Below, piece by piece: positions 13,994-26,539 of a stretch of DNA of 64,000 bases. The DNA is taken from assembly GCA_008632985.1 (NCBI GenBank), contig QPGO01000030.1, forward strand, positions 248,001 to 312,000. The letters are read 5' to 3'. The DNA comes from Psammoneis japonica (taxonomy: Eukaryota). The notes below the pieces were generated by a model. That model did no database searches. It saw only the letters and a program-made list of their open reading frames with translations, and was not told the origin of the DNA. The first letter of the stretch is position 1, and each line of letters opens with the position of its first letter. The translations under genes were made by a program, and so were the position numbers.

Positions 13994-15665
13994 CTAACGG
14001 AAATATTGAGGAAGGATGGTAGAATCCGTGGCGTCGTGCGACCAGTTTCCGTAGCCCGCAGGGAAAGCCGAAGATTCTGTATCTTCAATTCGAGGCGGCG
14101 GCAGTGGACGAGTCATGATCGGCACGGGTTCAAACTGATGCGTGTACTCATTATCGTGGTACACGGCGGTTCCCTCTGTTTTTGAAAGCAACGGCAACAA
14201 CAGAACAGTGCGTGAGGGGAACTCCCACTTTTTCGAAAAAACGTTGAGCGTCACAAAGACTTACCACCTGATACGTAGTCGCGAGACCTGGAGTGAAATG
14301 TGCGGTGGTCGTTCTCATACTTTCTGGTGTAACCATGATGATATGTGTTGTTCATATCGTATTCCACCGGTTGCTGAGGGTGTGGGTCAATGTTCTCGGT
14401 ATGGATCGTGCTTGGGTAGATCGATGCATGGTATGAATACCCATGATGGGGGTATTCTGCCATTCTTTGCACTGTTTGATGGCTCGTGCGACTAGCAGCG
14501 TCGATTCGAGCTTGCTTCTCCCTCCACTTTGCTGCCATCAAGTTATATTGACGGCGTTCCTTCTTTTCCTGCTCTAAGAAAGGCCTGAGAAGCATGAGAA
14601 GAAACCAGAAACGTGAGGCTCGTGTTTGAAACGCAGCGTGTAGCGAGAGAAGGGGCATTGCATGTTGTTTCGGACCACCACACCTCGGGACTTACGCTTT
14701 TATGGCTGGATGCATGGTTTTCCACTCCTCGCCAAGGATTTTGGAAACATCTGTGTTTTTCAATTCAGGATATTGTTCTTTCATGTCTTTCCTGCGCTTC
14801 TTCGAGAACATGAGGAAGGCGGACATGGGCCTCTTGGGCGCATCTGGATGTTTCTTCGCGCGATGCTTTTTGATAGCCCCAGGCCCTTTGTAAGTGGCCT
14901 TTCTTGGTGGTACCTGTTGTAGATGTGCAACGAGAAGCAGTGACATATGGTACGTAAGCTCATCAATTATCAAGACCGGACAGCAAAGGTTGAAATACAA
15001 TACGACGAGACATAGCTTGCCTTCGCTTATCTTTCCGCTCAGCTTCGTCCCATTCTCCTCGCTCTCGATCAGTCAGTCTCCCCCAATCGTCTTTGAAAGT
15101 CGCCAAGGTACAGTTTGCCTACAACGAAAAGAGAGCGCCGTAGATCAAGTGAGTCTTGTCATCGAAGGAGAAGCGATATGTACGTTTCGACAAACGTTAC
15201 CTTGTCACTTGCAGAGAGTTTCGCTTTTTCAGCTTCCGTGAAGAGTACAAATGCTGTTCTCGGTTTTACTAGACGCTTCACTGGAGGTGACGGCTTAGGT
15301 GGAGATAAGTCAGGCCGCTTTGCATCCTCGCGAGGGACAGATAATTCGTCGTTTCCATAAATGTCACACGAGACATCAATGTTGTCAAAGTTCTGTTGAC
15401 AAAAGAGAAAAGTTAACAATGGGAATGGATGATTGAGTCATCGAATACTTTCGAGTGAGTTCAATCCTGCTCCAACAACAACGATAAGCTTACCGCCTCT
15501 GGGAAAGACATGCTTCACAACCTCTAGTCTCAAGTATTGTGTGACGAAAAGTATGGCGATTGTGATGAGACTGAAAAGCAAACTCAATGTCGAAGTCCGC
15601 CGTTTCTCAACTCTTTTTTGAGGCGTTCTCTCATTTTTCTTTCTTGTCAATACTCGATAGTGCAT
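13994..15665 (-). CDS. HMG-box protein (multi-exon; 5' end uncertain)
   Basis: KKHPDAPKRPMSAFLMFSKKRR..YPELKNTDVSKILGEEWK (ORF 14692-15000), continuing after an intron as PFLEQEKKERRQY. A second box-like start VKPRTAFVLF lies at ~15240-15270. Confidence 0.75.
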
Positions 15666-15941
15666 TTCAGTTAGTCCATACTCTTCTTATTGATCAGGGT
15701 GACTTATTTTTCGACAATGGCTTTCCCGCCAGTTTCTCGCGTGACAGAATTTTGCTTTTGTAGTTGGCTTGACTCGATAGTCCCGCAAATTCAAAAATGT
15801 AAAATATATTCATAAATTTAAATAGTCATTTTAGTAATTTTTTAAATAAATGATTTTTCCAATGAATGCATGAATGAATGTTTGCTCCTTTTGAAAAAGT
15901 GAGGGTCGAGCAAAAAGCAAAAAGCAAGAAGCGACGCCGCG

Positions 15942-17544
15942 ATGACGAAAGAATTTCAAAAAACAATGAATATTGCCGTGACCGTGGGCGGAAATGATAA
16001 CAGAAGCTCAGGCAAATCAACAATGGTACTTGATGCGCCTAAAGCAGAATTGGAATCTCGATCGGACGTAGAACTAAATAATGACGACGTACTTGCCACA
16101 AAGCGAGCGGCTGCGGCATCACTGAGTCCTCGCAATGCGGAAAGCAGAGCTTCCGAAAAGATTGAGGTGGAGATCGTCGTTCATCCATTATGCGCTACGC
16201 CATCCGCTCAACTCCAAAGGGACTGGGAAAAGTTTTTGGAGAGTCGTGATGAGCTACAAAGAAAGAACGGGGAAATCGATATATCTGAAGCACCTTCACA
16301 TCTGAGAGACAGCTGCCTTCGTCTTTCAGTAGAGCGTGAAGGGGAAGATAGTTTCGGAAGGAGCGACGTAGTCAATCTGCAAGGGAGCACAACGACCATT
16401 GCAGTTCATGCCTACGTCTTGAGCGAGGAAGAGCCCTCAACCGAAGAGTTGGAGACGGCGGGTGTTGGCGATGATGAAACGACTGCCGGGTGCGACCACT
16501 TACCGCTTCCTCACGCATCTCTGGATGGGCTGTGGGATAACCTGATTCTACCAGAGGGTGTTAAGCAGCATCTACTGGAGTACGCTCAGTCTTCTCTCCT
16601 TTTCTCTAAAAGAGGTGTCTCGCCACATATCGTGGGATGGAATCGACTTCTACTTCTTCATGGACCTCCAGGTAAGTACAGTAAGGATCGAATCTTCTTT
16701 TCGTCAAGTACCGATAAATCATCTCTTTTCCTTAACCGTTTTCCCTTCAATCCTACTTTCCGTAGGAACGGGAAAGACTTCCCTCTGTCGGGCCTTAGCA
16801 CAGAAGCTGTCGATTCGACTCGGGCATCAGTTTCCTTCCGGCTCTGTCCTTCTGGAGATTCATTCGCACTCTTTGTTTTCCAAGTGGTTCTCGACTAGTG
16901 GTAAACTTGTGAATCGATTGTTTCAGGTCATTCGGGATATGGTTCAAGAAGATCCTACGTCCCTTGTTTGTGTCTTGATGGACGAGGTAGAAAGTCTTGC
17001 TTCAGCTCGATCCTCCTTGGGTGGTGCGGGGGAACCGTCGGATGCGATGCGAGCTGTGAATTCACTCTTGACATCTCTAGATAGGCTTCGTAGCTTTCCA
17101 AACGTGATTGTTTTGGCTACAACAAATCTCACGGGGTCCATTGACCTGGCCTTTGTTGATCGCGCCGACGTGAAGCAATACGTGGGGATGCCTATCCTTG
17201 AAGCACGGTACGAGATTTTGAGGACGTGCCTCCTTGAGCTTGTTCGTGTTGGTATTATTGACGACGCCTCAAGTAGTAAGCAGATTGAGAGCTTTCGAGA
17301 AGTTCAACGTGATTATCCCAGGCAAGACGAGATCCCGCCGTTGGTCGACAAGCTTCTTGAATGTGCCAGAGAAGCGGACGGACTAAGCGGACGAAGTTTG
17401 AGAAGATTGCCATTTCAAACGCATGCACAATTCATCCGTAACAGTGACGCCGTATCAGTGAACGAGTTCTTGGATGGACTGCGTCTCGGAATAGACGCGG
17501 AGCACAGTTCGAGGCACCAGCTGAAAGCCGAACACGAAAAATGA
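15942..17544 (+). CDS. PCH2: Pachytene checkpoint AAA+ ATPase PCH2/TRIP13
   Basis: WNRLLLLHGPPG|TGKTSLCRALAQKLSIR (Walker A split by an intron at ~16672-16765), EIHSHSLFSKWFSTSGKLV, LMDEVESL, DLAFVDRAD, GLSGRSLRRLP. Start may be 16023. Confidence 0.93.
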
Positions 17545-18359
17545 CGCAGCCACCAGCGGCCAGTTTCACACGGGGGAGTTCATCTTCGGTAAGGGTAAAT
17601 AATAATGTTGAGGACAAGCGACATTTTAGAAGGTACACATACCAGTAGTTTTCAGCACTAGTTTGTTGCGAATACCGTTAGTGCTTAAATTTTTGGGCTC
17701 AACTTGTCAAAAGAGAAGAGACAAAGATGCGGTGCGTGTAGAAAAACGAAGAGAAGTTTAACGATGACAACTGCCCGTTTTTCGTCCTGCGTTACTTTCT
17801 ACCGTAATTCACTACTCTACTGACACGCAAATTCGAGAACGCCGACCCTTATTGCTGACGAAATGCTCCCGAGACAGGCAAGACGAAACCAACACAAACT
17901 AGATCCAACCCAACAAGTATATTTGGTGAAACTGTCTCATCATACTACTAGAAACCCTTCCAGTCAACAACATCTGTAGATCGTCGACCGTGTCCGAGAT
18001 ATCCAAACAGCGAATGCAAAAAGCTGCAGCGTTGGAGGATCTTCCACGTGAACACCGCGGTCCTGGAACTTGTCGAGACGGACAAGCAACTTGCAATCTT
18101 TGACGTCCCTATTTTCGAAAATGGAAAGCAAGAAGCAAGTGGAAAAAAGGGTCTTGGAACCCTCCCAAAAGCAGATCGACTTTCATGGAACCTTTCATCG
18201 TAGTCCATTTTGGCAGTCTTTGCCGTGTCCTTTCAAGTGTCGCAGCAACTGGAAACAAGATGCGACTCTAGCAATTATGATTAGATCGATCGATAACATG
18301 GATGGATTGGAGCGAAGATAGTTCAGCTTCCACCGTACTTTCACTAGCTTATTATTTTC

Positions 18360-19295
18360 TTAACGACGAGCCCGTTTGGTGGCTGGTTCCTCTCGGGCAG
18401 TTGATCGTGTTTTAGATCGTGGGTTCAGCATATCGAAAGAGAAACCACTTTTTTCCGGTGCAGCACCGCCAGAATCCCATCCTTGCACTGCCCAACCCGC
18501 AGCACCAAATGCCTTGGAACCATACCCTGCTTTCCACCCATTCCTGCCGTACGAAGCAGCTAATCCGGCAAATTCACCCGTGGACGAGCCGCCCATGCCA
18601 GCGCGTAAACCCATGGTTTTTGGTCCCGCTGCAATATTTCGTTTCTGCTGATCGCCTTTGGGTGTAGCCAGCTTGACTTCCACATTGCGGTCCCCTATTG
18701 GTATCGGTTGTTCTGCAATGGCGTTTTTTGCACCGTTTGTCCCATTATCAAAAGTGACAAATCCAAAGCCTCTAGATCGTCGTTGAACAGGATCCATCAT
18801 GACAATTGCATCGACCACAGCTCCGAACCGTTCAAAGATCCTCTTGAGTTCATCCCGATCAACTTCTGGTGGAAGGCCTCCCACGAAAACCTTGTTTTGT
18901 AGTTGTTCAGGCGTCAGGTTGCGATTGCTACCTCTAGGGGCGCCATCATCACCCTGATTCGCTCGATCACCCTTGTTGTGAATGGAGGGAGGTGCCACGC
19001 CACGGGCTTGAGCTCGCTTCACGTCCACCACTTTGTGGTTAATAACATGTTTTGCTTCATTCATGACAAGATCCACCGTCTCTACATCCTTAAATACCAC
19101 AAAGGCAAAGCCACGAGGATCCCCAGTAACACGATCTCGCATTACCTCCACAGAATTCACAGGCCCAAACATTTCAAAGTGATAGCGCAGCGATTCCTCT
19201 GTCGTTTGCCATGATAAACCGCCCACAAAAATCTTATCAGCGTCAATCGATTGTTGAGGCTTTGAAGTGCCGCCTGATCCATAGTAGTCACCCAT
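18360..19295 (-). CDS. Two-RRM RNA-binding protein (hnRNP A/Musashi/DAZAP1/Hrp1-like)
   Basis: Two RRMs (KIFVGGL..RGFAFVVF and KVFVGGL..RGFGFVTF) and a Gly-rich tail; intact ORF. Confidence 0.9.
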   Translation of the reverse strand: MGDYYGSGGTSKPQQSIDADKIFVGGLSWQTTEESLRYHFEMFGPVNSVEVMRDRVTGDPRGFAFVVFKDVETVDLVMNEAKHVINHKVVDVKRAQARGVAPPSIHNKGDRANQGDDGAPRGSNRNLTPEQLQNKVFVGGLPPEVDRDELKRIFERFGAVVDAIVMMDPVQRRSRGFGFVTFDNGTNGAKNAIAEQPIPIGDRNVEVKLATPKGDQQKRNIAAGPKTMGLRAGMGGSSTGEFAGLAASYGRNGWKAGYGSKAFGAAGWAVQGWDSGGAAPEKSGFSFDMLNPRSKTRSTAREEPATKRARR

Positions 19296-19550
19296 AGTGT
19301 ATTGACAAAAGAAGAAGTACAGTATGTAGCACTACCGTTCAGCGCCGTCTCATCAGTGTTCATGGTGTGTGGTGTGATGATTCGTGCTGAGATTTCCAGA
19401 TTCCAGATTAGGTCGGTGTACCTTTTATCGGTCGGATTAGTCGAACCGCTTGGCCGTCTCCCGGCATGGCACACCCCCACCGCAACCCGCAACCGCAACG
19501 CACAAAAAAGCACACGAAGACTTGACGCAGAAGTGTGTGGGTGCGAGGCA

Positions 19551-20309
19551 ATGGCGTTCATACAGGCGTCACTTGGGCGCCTTGCTGCCAGAACGGCTGC
19601 GCTATCACGCCAAACAGTGATATTTGATACCGTCTCTCGAAAAGTGATACACAACACGGTGAATTCGCGCTCCTTTTCTTCCCGAGGCAGTAGGACTCTC
19701 CGATCACACGCTGTTTCTCTCTACCACGGAGATTATTCGGACGGCCGCGGTGCTGCGTCTGATGCAAAGGAGGAGGAAGAAGAGGCTTTTGGATATAACG
19801 AAAATGAAGAGATGGATGAATTAGCGGATTGGGCGAGAAAGGAGCAGGAAGAATACGACAAGCGCAAGGCGAAATGGATTGAAAACGCAAAGCCAAAAGT
19901 AAGAGTGCCTCACATTGATGAACGAGGGAGGTCTTATGGTCGTGGAGGCCGCAAAACAGCATCGGCACGTGTTTGGATCCAACCTGGCTTTGGTCATGTG
20001 GTTGTGAATCGCAAAGATTTTGTGGACTACTTTGATAGGGCGGCGGATCGGGAAGCAATCTTAGCGCCCTTTGTAGCTACCGAACCTGTGGTGCCTTTGA
20101 TGTGCAGTGCATGGTGCAGGGAGGAGGTTTGTCGGGACAAGCAGGGGCAATTCGACATGGATTGGCTAGAGCACTAACAATTGGGATCCAAGGAATACAG
20201 ACCGCCTCTTAAACGGTTGGGATTATTAACCCGAGATCCGAGAAAGGTCGAGCGTAAGAAGGTCGGAAAGAAGAAGGCTCGAAAGTCGCCTCAATGGGCT
20301 CGTCGTTAG
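19551..20309 (+). CDS. MRPS9: Mitochondrial ribosomal protein uS9 (apparent frameshifts near 20085 and 20180)
   Basis: Presequence-like N-terminus, [15 protein letters not shown], and shifted frames giving [21 protein letters not shown] and [27 protein letters not shown]. Confidence 0.9.
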
Positions 20310-20372
20310 TTCAAGCGCCGTACTGTTTCTCTTACTTTTTGAGATTGCATGATAGCACGAAGTAATTAAATG

Positions 20373-21318
20373 TTATGATTTCACACTCTCTGCGTCTTCC
20401 TTATTGGGCGATCTGGAAGCATGTCTGTATGCCCCGATCCAATTCACGTCTGTATCGTCAGGATCAATCTTCCATTTCCAGTTCCCAAGAAGTGGTGGTT
20501 GAGTAATTGCCATTCCGGCTACACTGACTCGCTCCAGCCCAACTGTTTCCATCAGCTGCGAGACTTGGTCCGGGGATCGAAACTGATTCCAATCATGTGT
20601 TCCAACTGTGAGGTAGCCCATTACATGTTCCGCACCAACTACAGCCAAGGCATAACTCTTGGCGTTTTGTTGATCGTTGATACAAACAGGAGGCCACCGT
20701 CGTTTTTCTCATCAGGCGGTTTCAATAGAGACGACGCTGCTTCCAATAAGCTTTCGACATTGTCAGCATGTTCCAATACTTCAAGTATACAAATCAAATC
20801 AAATTTTTCTTCTGACGATCTTTGCTCCACTAAATCTTCGACAGACATGCCACCACGAAAATCAATGGAAATGGTGCGAGGATCGAGCTGAGCGTGCTGT
20901 TTCGCCATGTCTACCAGCGGTATTGACGGATCAACCGCCGTCACGTCCGCGCCCAGTCGAGCCAAACTTTCCGATAAAGTCCGCCACCACAACCAATATC
21001 AAGGGCTTTGTATCCATCAAGAGGAAGGTCGCGAGAATATTCTAGCCTTTTGTTTCTTCCTTTCATTTGATCCACAATGTACCCGACGCGCACAGGATTC
21101 ATCGAAATCAAGGGATTCTGACGAGCATCCCACCACATTTCATTCATTTCAGAGAATTTAGAAACCTCGCTCGACGAAACAGATTTTTTAGTCGAAAATG
21201 ACAAAGAGGATCTATGTACTAAGCCAGTGCGAAAGAGACTTTGTGGAGTGACATCATGGAATGGCGAAAGTGTGCGTCGGAGGCGCAACAACAACGCACA
21301 TGATGTGCATTGCCTCAT
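20373..21318 (-). CDS. COQ3: Ubiquinone biosynthesis O-methyltransferase (apparent frameshifts)
   Basis: EVSKFSEM..WWD, MNPVRVGYI, ALDIGCGGG, SESLARLGADVTAVD, FDLICILEVLEH, LFVSTINKT, GTHDWNQF. Confidence 0.92.
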
Positions 21319-21784
21319 TTTGTTGAAATATTTCCGGAATGAACAACCTGTCGAAACAACGAAAAAAACGTCACTGCCAGCTTTCACAACTTTTTTGTCT
21401 CGGCCACAACGTCGACGATGTGGATACGGTGTCGGAACTTTGCCACTTCTATGGCTTGCTCTTTCTATCTCTCTTCGCGCTATATCTACCGTATCGATGT
21501 TGAATGTTGCGTTGTTGTGCGTGAGAGAGAGGCGCATGTGCTGTCTGCACTTAAAAATCGATTAGCTCGATTGAAAAGTCATTATTTGTGTATTCATCTC
21601 TGTATATATAATAAAGTTTAATATGCTAAGGTTTATATAAAATGAGCGTTATTTATGGAGAATCAACATATCTGTAATCGAATACATTTTCAAAATGGAC
21701 GGTTTGCTATGATGATTCAACGGCATGCGTGCATCTGTAGCCTTTTTTCCGCATGATGCCAGAAAAAGAAGTGAGTGATCCACC

Positions 21785-23038
21785 ATGAACGAACCTCTGC
21801 CAGAGCTACCACCGGTAAGAAGCATTACCGACGATGACGATAGTCATGACGAGCCGTCAGGGAGATACTCTGTACCAAACGAGAGCCACGATGTCGATCC
21901 CAGGGCTCTGGCGTACTTGCTTCGCTTCGAGACAATGATGCGGCACCAAGAAGTCGAAGAGATGGCCACGTTGGATCACATTCGACCGCTCCTGGAAAGA
22001 ATTCAAAGTCTTGGAAGTGAATCGAGCGACGATTCGACATATTCAAGTGATGAATCCAGAATGATGGACCACGATATCTCATACGCGGTTCTGAGGCGCG
22101 CTCTGGGACAGTTGGAAGGCTCCTCTGAAGTAATGACGACAGACAAACAACTCATGATGGTGCTTCGAACGATTTCAGGAGGTGCACAAGAAGGCGACGA
22201 GACCATCACGCTTGCAGAGTTCGTTCAATGCTACAAGACAGTCGTAACGGGAATGCAAACACTTCAGCACTTACCAGGAGAATCTGTCGTCAGATCACGT
22301 GCTCGTGACCGTACCCTCTCCATCATATCGCTTTTTTCACCGGCTTCGACAAAGCTATTGAATGAAGATGGGCTTGCTATAAAAGAGGATGAGAGTATCA
22401 TCGTGAAACCAGCTCGTAGCTTGGAAAATACTCAGAGTAAGAAAAAGACGGGAGGATTTGCCACGGTCCTTTTGGTTGCTACTCTGCTACTACTCTCGGC
22501 AATCGCCGGCATGACACTGGCACCACCGTCACTATTGAATTCTGTCTCAGAGTACGCTGGAGTATCATCGCAGAATGAAGCAGCGTCATCACCAAAACCT
22601 TTTGTGACAAGGGGATCGAATTTGAATGACAAGCAAACGTTTCCAAGCACAATCGGTCATATATCGCACCATATGAAATCTGTGCCAACAACCCGGTCGC
22701 TCAAGACAACGAGAGTCGACCAACAAGACTTGCGTTTGCTTGCGAAGGACAATCCTTCTCTTGGAAAGGCAGTAAGGATTAGAATGGTTGCATCTGCCGC
22801 GGCTGGCGGAGCAGCAGGAGCACTGCTTGCTCCAGCCATTTGGAGCGCGGTTCGGGCCTTGGTGCCAAAAACTGTGTTATCAGGGCTTGCCTCAGCGGCA
22901 CCGGGTCTCAATCCTCTTGTCGCTTTAAGCGCTCTTGTTGCTGGCTCCGTTGCTGTTTTTCACGGAGGCTTTCACAACAATCGTCGGAGCCGTCGCGGCC
23001 AATCGACGCAAGATGGCATCAAACAGAACGCAGAATGA
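21785..23038 (+). CDS. Hypothetical membrane protein with an EF-hand-like motif
   Basis: Intact 417-aa ORF with GDETITLAEFVQ (EF-hand-like) and hydrophobic segments FATVLLVATLLLLSAIAGM and LVALSALVAGSVAVF. Confidence 0.65.
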   Translation: MNEPLPELPPVRSITDDDDSHDEPSGRYSVPNESHDVDPRALAYLLRFETMMRHQEVEEMATLDHIRPLLERIQSLGSESSDDSTYSSDESRMMDHDISYAVLRRALGQLEGSSEVMTTDKQLMMVLRTISGGAQEGDETITLAEFVQCYKTVVTGMQTLQHLPGESVVRSRARDRTLSIISLFSPASTKLLNEDGLAIKEDESIIVKPARSLENTQSKKKTGGFATVLLVATLLLLSAIAGMTLAPPSLLNSVSEYAGVSSQNEAASSPKPFVTRGSNLNDKQTFPSTIGHISHHMKSVPTTRSLKTTRVDQQDLRLLAKDNPSLGKAVRIRMVASAAAGGAAGALLAPAIWSAVRALVPKTVLSGLASAAPGLNPLVALSALVAGSVAVFHGGFHNNRRSRRGQSTQDGIKQNAE

Positions 23039-24846
23039 AACAAGGTTGCGATTAGACATCGGGAACCGTTGTAAAGCTCCTTCTCAGCCGTTATCACTAA
23101 ATCGCTTGCAAAAAGCAACGCACGTGCTCTCTAGCAATAAAAAAGTCTAAAATAATACTCTAGTAGAGCACGGAATCGCTACCAGACACGGGAATGATTA
23201 CCTACGGATGGTGTGTTGTGAGGTCACTTCTTGTCGAGTTTCTTAAGACGATTTCGACCGCCGCAGAAGGATGTGCATTGAGATTCTCAAGCATGCCGTG
23301 AAGGCCGCGTTGTCTATACCCGATACTGGAAAGGCTCACCTCTGCATGTGGTGCAGAGCTTTGAACAAATGATCCTTTTGCTCTGTTGCTCCACTGGACA
23401 GCTTTACTTTGTGTGGGTGCCGAGGTGCTTTCCTCTGGGTTCGGTTGTGTATTTTTTGTCTGCGTTCCAGCGAACAGCAGTGTTTGCAACCTGTTATTAA
23501 TGTTGCGGTCTTTGGGTCTTTGGTCTTGCCAAAATGAGTGTGGTCGATCAACTCCATAATTTGTTGCTTGGTAGAACAAGAGATGGAAAGGAAACGAACC
23601 AAGATGCTACAACTAGAGCATTGACTGAAGAGCCAGCCTTTATCAGCAACTGCTACCTCCTTCGCCTCTCCTCTACTAGCTCTACTACTACGAATAGAGT
23701 ACTGTAGAGAGAGTAGAGGTTAGGCAGGAGCGTTACATTTTTTGCTACTGGATGATTCATCGGGTAGAGGGTGTCCACCCCAATGCCGAATCAATGGCTC
23801 AATCGCATGCACGGTTCCCTTTCAAGATTCGAGAACATTGTGTTTGTCGGGCCCGCCCATGTTCAAGGTCAAGATTGACTCGCACGGTGACCGATTTTCG
23901 GCGGTGGAGAAGTATCTTATTGCGTACAATTACTACACGAAATGAGTACAGAGATTGCACGACCAACTTATGAAAATGCTACCTAGTGCTTGCGCGGCAT
24001 TGCCTTGGTTTGAATCAGGTTGTAATGAGGCTAGAGAGACAGAAACCGAATTGGATCCGAGATTTAGTTCCAACAGCGGTAAATATTTGTCTCGTTTCTG
24101 CTTTTGTATAACGCGTTGGGGCTGCTCTCTACCGGTAGGCCTAGCAGTATTCAATGTAGATGGATGTCTCGTACCGTGGCCTATGATAAGTCGGCCTAAA
24201 TCGGATTGCTCACAATTATGGTAGATACCTTTTCAAGCTACAAGTCAACTAATGATGCGCACCAAATACACAAGGCAGTACGGCCCTACCTGTTAACCAA
24301 TGTTGGTGATTACTTTACGTATAAAAGGGCAAGAAAGGAAGATGAAGAAGATGGATCTTTCAAAAACGAGTTGAGCCAAACATTCCCGGTACACAGTGCG
24401 AAGTCAGCTCAAGCAAGAGGAGTCTTAGCAAAAGAAAGAATATTGATTTTGATGTTGAGTAGGATTGCTCTATATTATATTTCCCTTTTTTGCTCTAAAT
24501 TGCTGGATAGAGTAGAATTCTTCCCTTGATTACCAGTACTTCCCAACAACGATACAAATCGCATATTGAACTCTATGATCCGATGATTTGGTCACAACCG
24601 ACTGATTTTTTTCGGTTGCTTCACCAAAATGGATCACGGTATCAGAGATGCCTCTTCTTAAGAAGTAGAATTCTTCCGCAGATTCGTCACGTTGCTACGA
24701 GTCGGTATACCAGAAACTCAGAAACTCCATTCAATCCCATTGTAAGTTGCAATCCTTCCCTCGAGAACCCCTCTTGAAAACGTAGTGATGCCATAACACA
24801 AATAGACTCTGCCGCAGGATGAATATTGACTGACCCCTGTTTGTCC

Positions 24847-25450
24847 TTAGGCGGCTTTTTTACGATTAGCCCAGACCCTTTCCTTGCGCTTGGCGGCTTG
24901 CACCTCTTGACGCATGCGGTGTAGAAGCGGAACATCTTCGTCCGGTCGACGTCGGCGGAGGCGGAGCTTCTTCTGAGCAGCGGGCTTTTCGCTTGTGCCA
25001 AAGCGACGTTCGTTGATGATTTTTTGACGTGCCAATGCTTGTATCTTTCGACGGTCGAAGGGTGATTCACGTTTCTTGTCCTTCGAACGTTTTTTAGTCT
25101 TGCGGACTTTACGGATGGTGCGTTTGTAAGTGGTCATGGCGGTTTTGGGCACTTTCGTTTCACGAGAAGAGTCGTCAAGATCGTCAGAATAGCTGGCAGT
25201 GCTCGATCGCTTCCTCTTTTTATTGTTCGACCGCTCGGCATGAATCTGGATAGGAATCGTCTTGGATGGCTTGGTCTCAGGGACTTGGAAAGTCGCGACG
25301 CACGTCTTGTCGACGTTCGAAAGTTGAACGGCTTGCTTCAACGCGATGAAGACGGCAAAGGCAAAGAGCGCATGTTCGATGGGAATGGAATAGCGCCGCC
25401 GAAGATGGTAGAGAGCGTCATGGTGAAGAGAAGAAGAGAGGTCTGCATGA
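24847..25450 (-). CDS. Hypothetical Lys/Arg-rich protein (start uncertain, possible frameshift near 25340)
   Basis: Coding-like GC/CpG-rich sequence; the 164-aa ORF has NLS-like basic clusters; no recognisable family. Confidence 0.4.
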
Positions 25451-26539
25451 TGATGTAGACTAGTAAGACGTAAGTCGATGCTTGATCAGTGGTCAACTTC
25501 GGAATTGTGAGAGGTTCAGCGTGATTGCGGTTTCGACGGCTTGCTCGGATGGATTGCTTCGACATACTAGACTTTACGTACATTCTACGGACGAACAAAT
25601 GTATCGTCAAAACCATCCGTCTATCACGAATGAAAAGCGGGCGGGCAGGTTTTGTACACAAAATATTATAGTAAAACAATCATACCATGTTCAACGCTGC
25701 TTGACGCGTGCAACAAACAAAATGTTTCTTACAAGGTACGATAAATATTCAACATTGCATAAGAATATAAAAATGAATTTCATGGGAATTGGGCGGAGGA
25801 ACTTTTTCATGGAACGCAAGCTCGCGCTCGCTCGCTCGCGATCGCGTTGTTTTCACAGGCTCGCTCCATCTTCAACCGTGCGAGGTAGAATGACTTTGTC
25901 GTGTCAGCTGCAGATGAAGGCCAGTGTACAACGGTCCCATTGCACATGAACATTGCGGGGATTGCTTCCGATGATTTGAATTGTGAAGCATGGATCTGGG
26001 CAAGGAGAAAACCAAGGAGTCCAAGAGACTGGCAGCAACAAAATAGCGGGAAAAAAAGAAGCAAAAGAACGCAGGGAACATCAGAAGAAGGAATCATCAC
26101 AAGACCAACGTGCAGCGAGACTGCAATGCAAGGCAGCACAGAAAGTGGATTGGCAGGGCAAGGAGTCAGAGAACCAACACAAGGTGAGGCTGCAATGATG
26201 CAAGGTGGCACCACAGAAAGTGGGTCGGCGGAGCAAGGAGTCGTCGGAGAACCAATGTGAAGAGAGGCTGCAATGCAAGGCAGTGCAGAAAGCAGATTGG
26301 CGTGGCCAGGCCTGCAGGGAGCATTGACCACTTGTCTTTCTTTGCAGGTGTGGGTGTGCGCCATTGTGTGCTGCGTTGCCTGTGTGTGCGCAGAGCCCCT
26401 GCCGGGGATGGCATTGCAGCGGCAGGGTGGCAGGGCCGCCACACTGGTGATGTGGATGACCATTGTGTTTGATGGCTCATGCCATTTTGGGGGCTGCAGC
26501 AAGGTGCACGGACACTCTTTTTTGTCCAATTTGCTGCCA

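Noticed and set aside
17600..18350. Short ORFs between PCH2 and the RRM gene, and at 23200-24800
   Set aside because: No recognisable domains or consistent coding frame.
176..21318. Frameshifts and apparent stops in TOP2, BRR2, S9 and COQ3 (also NUP54, amidohydrolase, DUF6824, OSCA, pol) as pseudogenisation or programmed frameshifting
   Set aside because: Single-base losses are scattered across many essential genes whose motifs are otherwise intact; uncorrected long-read indel errors are the simplest explanation.
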